Shown piece by piece: positions 35,946-37,995 of a stretch of 37,995 nucleotides of DNA. Origin of the DNA: a virus; IMG/VR virus record IMGVR_UViG_3300048080_000252, positions 1 to 37,995 of that record, one strand, 5' to 3'. How positions within the stretch are numbered: the first letter of the stretch is position 1; each line of letters begins with the position of its first letter. Position numbers and translations under genes: made by a program. Below the pieces are notes generated by a model. The model ran no database searches. It saw only the letters and a list, made by a program, of their open reading frames with translations, and was not told the DNA's origin.

Positions 35946-36295
35946 TTTTTTTCCAGCCCCTCGACGTCATCCCGGCTGATCCCCGAAAGGCGCGAGGCCA
36001 CGCCGAAGATCCGCGTGAGGGCCGCCGCCGACTTGCCGGCCAGCGTCTGGACCTCAGCCTCGGTGAAGAGCCGGTTCCCCGTCTCGTCGACCAACGTGGC
36101 GGTGATCAGCTTGGCCGTCAGGTTCTGCAGGATGACACCGCCCTTGCCGTCGATCACGCCGGCCAGGAAGGTGTCCCGCTCAGCGCCGGTCATCCCCCGG
36201 ACGAGGACGTCGCCGCCCCACTCCGGCATGTGGACCCGCTCGAGCCCCAGATCCTGGGCGCCGGCGATCTCGTCGCGCGTGAGTACCTTGGACAC
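35906..36295 (-). CDS. Tail assembly chaperone (gpG-like)
   Basis: 129 aa between the major tail and tape measure genes: ..VHMPEWGGDVLVRGMTGAERDTFL...LVDETGNRLFTEAEVQTLAGKSAAALTRIF.. It contains the slippery site near its 3' end. Confidence 0.8.
   Translation of the reverse strand: MSKVLTRDEIAGAQDLGLERVHMPEWGGDVLVRGMTGAERDTFLAGVIDGKGGVILQNLTAKLITATLVDETGNRLFTEAEVQTLAGKSAAALTRIFGVASRLSGISRDDVEGLEKNSEGGRSDGSGSG
35945..35951 (-). promoter_or_regulatory. Programmed -1 ribosomal frameshift heptamer A_AAA_AAC
   Basis: Minus strand ..CTG GAA AAA AAC TCC.. in the G frame (seven A residues = plus-strand T run 35946-35952). The next codon in the -1 frame starts at C35945, exactly in frame with the downstream T ORF. 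Confidence 0.8.
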
Positions 36296-36305
36296 AGCGT
36301 GCCTC

Positions 36306-36737
36306 CTAGGCGAGTGTTGGCTGGCCGGTGACCTGCAGGGTGACGGACGCGGCCAGGCTGCCTTCGACCGACTCCTCCGGTTCGAAGCCTGTCACCAGGG
36401 CGGTGAAAGCCCAGGTCGTGACGGCGGTGTCGGGGAAGACCAGCTTGAAGTTGCGCTTCACCCGGTTCTTCAGGTCGGCGATCAGACCCGTCGTCGGGTT
36501 GTGGGTCGCCCCGGTTGGGACGAAGTTCAGGTCGAAGGTCACCTCGCCCGCCGAGAGCAGGGTCCCGACGAACTCGCGCCAGCCGCCCGCCGAGCCGTGG
36601 TGGGTCACTTCCTCCGTGGCCTGCTCGAGCTTCGGGCCACTGATGTCCCTCACCTCGGCGATCGTGGTGAAGTTTTCGGGCCCGGCGCCGTCGCCGATCT
36701 TCAGCAGCGTTCCAAACGAAGCAATTGCGGGGCTCAT
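36306..36737 (-). CDS. Major tail (tube) protein
   Basis: 143 aa: FGTLLKIGDGAGPENFTTIAEVRDISGPKLEQATEEVTHHGS..REFVGTLLSAGEVTFDLNF...FKLVFPD...AFTALVTGFEP..VEGSLAASVTLQVTG. This is the typical siphovirus major tail pattern, and the gene lies upstream of the chaperones. Confidence 0.8.
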   Translation of the reverse strand: MSPAIASFGTLLKIGDGAGPENFTTIAEVRDISGPKLEQATEEVTHHGSAGGWREFVGTLLSAGEVTFDLNFVPTGATHNPTTGLIADLKNRVKRNFKLVFPDTAVTTWAFTALVTGFEPEESVEGSLAASVTLQVTGQPTLA

Positions 36738-36780
36738 GGATACTTGCCTCCTTCCGGATCTCCGGAAACTATGGACCCGC

Positions 36781-37140
36781 CTACGCGGGCAGCTCGACCA
36801 CGCCGAACTTCACGTCGGCGCTCTCGGCCTCCAGATACACGAAGCCGTCCGGGTTCTGCCACCCCAGCGGCAGGAACGGCCCGAACACGGCGTAGCTGAG
36901 GGCGGGGATGCTGTGCGCCGTGATGTCGCCCTTGCGGCCGTAGGGATCGTTGGCGCTGTTGATCGTGACCGTCTTCGCCAGCGTCGCGTGCGTGTTGTGG
37001 GCCACCACCAAGTCGCTGCCCTTGGCCAGGAACTGATTCTTGTTGGGCACGTCGGCGACCGCCATCGTCAGCGCCACGCCCACGGCGGGACTGGGATAGC
37101 GTCCCGGGGCCACCGTCTTGGTCAGCGTAGTTTTCGGCAT
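36781..37140 (-). CDS. Hypothetical tail-module protein
   Basis: 119-aa beta-rich ORF between the terminator and major tail genes. No motif recognised. Confidence 0.65.
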   Translation of the reverse strand: MPKTTLTKTVAPGRYPSPAVGVALTMAVADVPNKNQFLAKGSDLVVAHNTHATLAKTVTINSANDPYGRKGDITAHSIPALSYAVFGPFLPLGWQNPDGFVYLEAESADVKFGVVELPA

Positions 37141-37143
37141 CGC

Positions 37144-37533
37144 TCATTCCTCCTCCCGGTAGGACCCCGGGACTGTGTGTCCGCCCTCGGAGGGCGGAGC
37201 TTGGGCGGGCTCGCGCTGCGCACCCTGTAGAGGGCGCACCTCGCGGCCCCATCGGTCAGAGACGGCTACAAGCGGCGGACTCGGCGGCCGCAGCGGCGGT
37301 TCGTGGACCTCTTGGAGGTGCGCCAGGATGGCCTCCTCGCCGGCCAGCGTGTCCCACGCGCACCGCCGGCAGCGCCACTGCGGGAACCCCTTCCAGGTGG
37401 CCAGGTCGAACGGGCACTCGGCCGCCCCGCCCGCTTCGATGGTCCCCTGGGGTACGGACTCCGGCGCCGTTTCCGTGGAAACGGTCGCGGCCGAAGGGAT
37501 CAGCTCGCCGGTCTCGGATCTCCGCTTGGTCAT
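37144..37533 (-). CDS. Hypothetical protein with a C2H2-like zinc-finger spacing
   Basis: 129 aa. WRCRRCAWDTLAGEEAILAHLQEVH has the spacing C-x2-C-x13-H-x4-H. Confidence 0.6.
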   Translation of the reverse strand: MTKRRSETGELIPSAATVSTETAPESVPQGTIEAGGAAECPFDLATWKGFPQWRCRRCAWDTLAGEEAILAHLQEVHEPPLRPPSPPLVAVSDRWGREVRPLQGAQREPAQAPPSEGGHTVPGSYREEE

Positions 37534-37536
37534 GTC

Positions 37537-37995
37537 TCACTCCCCGTGCCACAGCACGACATCGAGCCGCGCCACGAAACTTTCCTCGCTGTCCATCTCG
37601 TTCTCAACCAGGGCGGCCCCCACCGGTACCCCTGGTGAGGTCATCACCCGGTTGCCCACCCCGCTAAGGGCCACGGCCACGAACAGACCGCGCTCAGGCG
37701 ACCAGGCGATAGCAGTCCAGCTATTGTCGGCGGGCGTGGTGCGGATCGTCCAGGTGATCCCATCGGGCGAGGTCATCACCCCGTTGCCCGTCCCGCTAAG
37801 GGCCACGGCCACGAACAGACCCAGCTGCGGCGACCATGCGATGGCTCGCCAGTTGTTGTCGGCGGCGCTGGTGCGGATCGTCCAGGTGATCCCGTCGGGC
37901 GAGGTCATCACCCGGTTGTTCGTCCCGGTCTCCGCCACGGCCACGAACAGGCCCAACGCCGGAGACCAGGCAATGCCGCGCCAGTTGTTGTCGGC
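37537..37995 (-). CDS. 3' part of the tail terminator-propeller gene (continuation of 883..1 across the junction)
   Basis: Open from the right window edge to the stop at 37537-39, in the same frame as the left part once the 43-nt overlap is removed. It contains units 5-7 and ends with the non-repeat tail GVPVGAALVENEMDSEESFVARLDVVLWHGE*. Confidence 0.75.
   Translation of the reverse strand, partial: ADNNWRGIAWSPALGLFVAVAETGTNNRVMTSPDGITWTIRTSAADNNWRAIAWSPQLGLFVAVALSGTGNGVMTSPDGITWTIRTTPADNSWTAIAWSPERGLFVAVALSGVGNRVMTSPGVPVGAALVENEMDSEESFVARLDVVLWHGE
37633..37995 (-). repeat. 132-nt coding repeat array, terminator cassette, units mid-5 to 7
   Basis: Same unit as 1-595. The 7th unit is truncated at ..GNRVMTSP. 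Confidence 0.9.

Larger units (their letters stand above)
1..37995. mobile_element. Complete temperate siphovirus genome (phage or excised prophage), apparently a circularly closed contig
   Basis: Phage modules (lysogeny switch, replication, packaging, head, neck, tail, lysis, integrase) fill the whole window with no host-like flanks. Nt 1-43 are identical to nt 37953-37995, and a neck/tail gene reads in frame across that junction. Confidence 0.9.

Noticed and set aside
1-37995. Host flanking DNA or attL/attR direct repeats that would indicate an integrated prophage
   Set aside because: Every interval is accounted for by phage modules. The only end-to-end identity is the 43-nt overlap inside a structural gene, so this is assembly closure, not att sites.

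Overview
The window reads as one complete genome of a high-GC temperate siphovirus with HK97/SPP1-like morphogenesis genes. It appears circularly closed: nt 1-43 equal nt 37953-37995, leaving about 37.95 kb unique.

Almost everything lies on the minus strand as one leftward, translationally coupled gene train:
- Cro-like switch at about 23.6 kb.
- Early and replication genes at 23.4-12.0 kb: replisome-organizer-like protein, two ParB-like proteins, an HExxH protein, a multi-HTH protein, a HerA/FtsK-like ATPase and a minimal PolX-like polymerase.
- An intrinsic terminator at about 11.87 kb.
- HNH, TerS, TerL, a portal-MuF fusion, a fibre-like gene pair, prohead protease, major capsid and connector/neck genes at 11.8-0.9 kb.
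- Across the window junction: tail terminator, major tail protein, G/GT chaperones with an A_AAA_AAC -1 frameshift site, tape measure, a 1386-aa Dit-like protein and a lysis cassette (37.9-27.7 kb).
- A Panacea (DUF4065)-type two-gene module at 26.6-27.5 kb.

A short rightward operon (23.76-26.49 kb) encodes an XRE repressor, a lipoprotein, a small ORF and a large serine integrase.

The stand-out feature is a 132-nt (44-aa) Trp-rich, Asp-box-like repeat present 28 times, about 3.7 kb or roughly 10% of the genome. It is organised as four phase-identical seven-unit cassettes. One is inserted inside the tail-terminator gene. Two are inserted in tandem in an N-terminal loop of the Dit-like gene, and one is appended to its C-terminus.

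No rRNA, tRNA or CRISPR array was seen. All functional calls rest on motif recognition, synteny, start/stop coupling and by-eye third-position GC. No database search or computation was possible, so family names are hypotheses to confirm.
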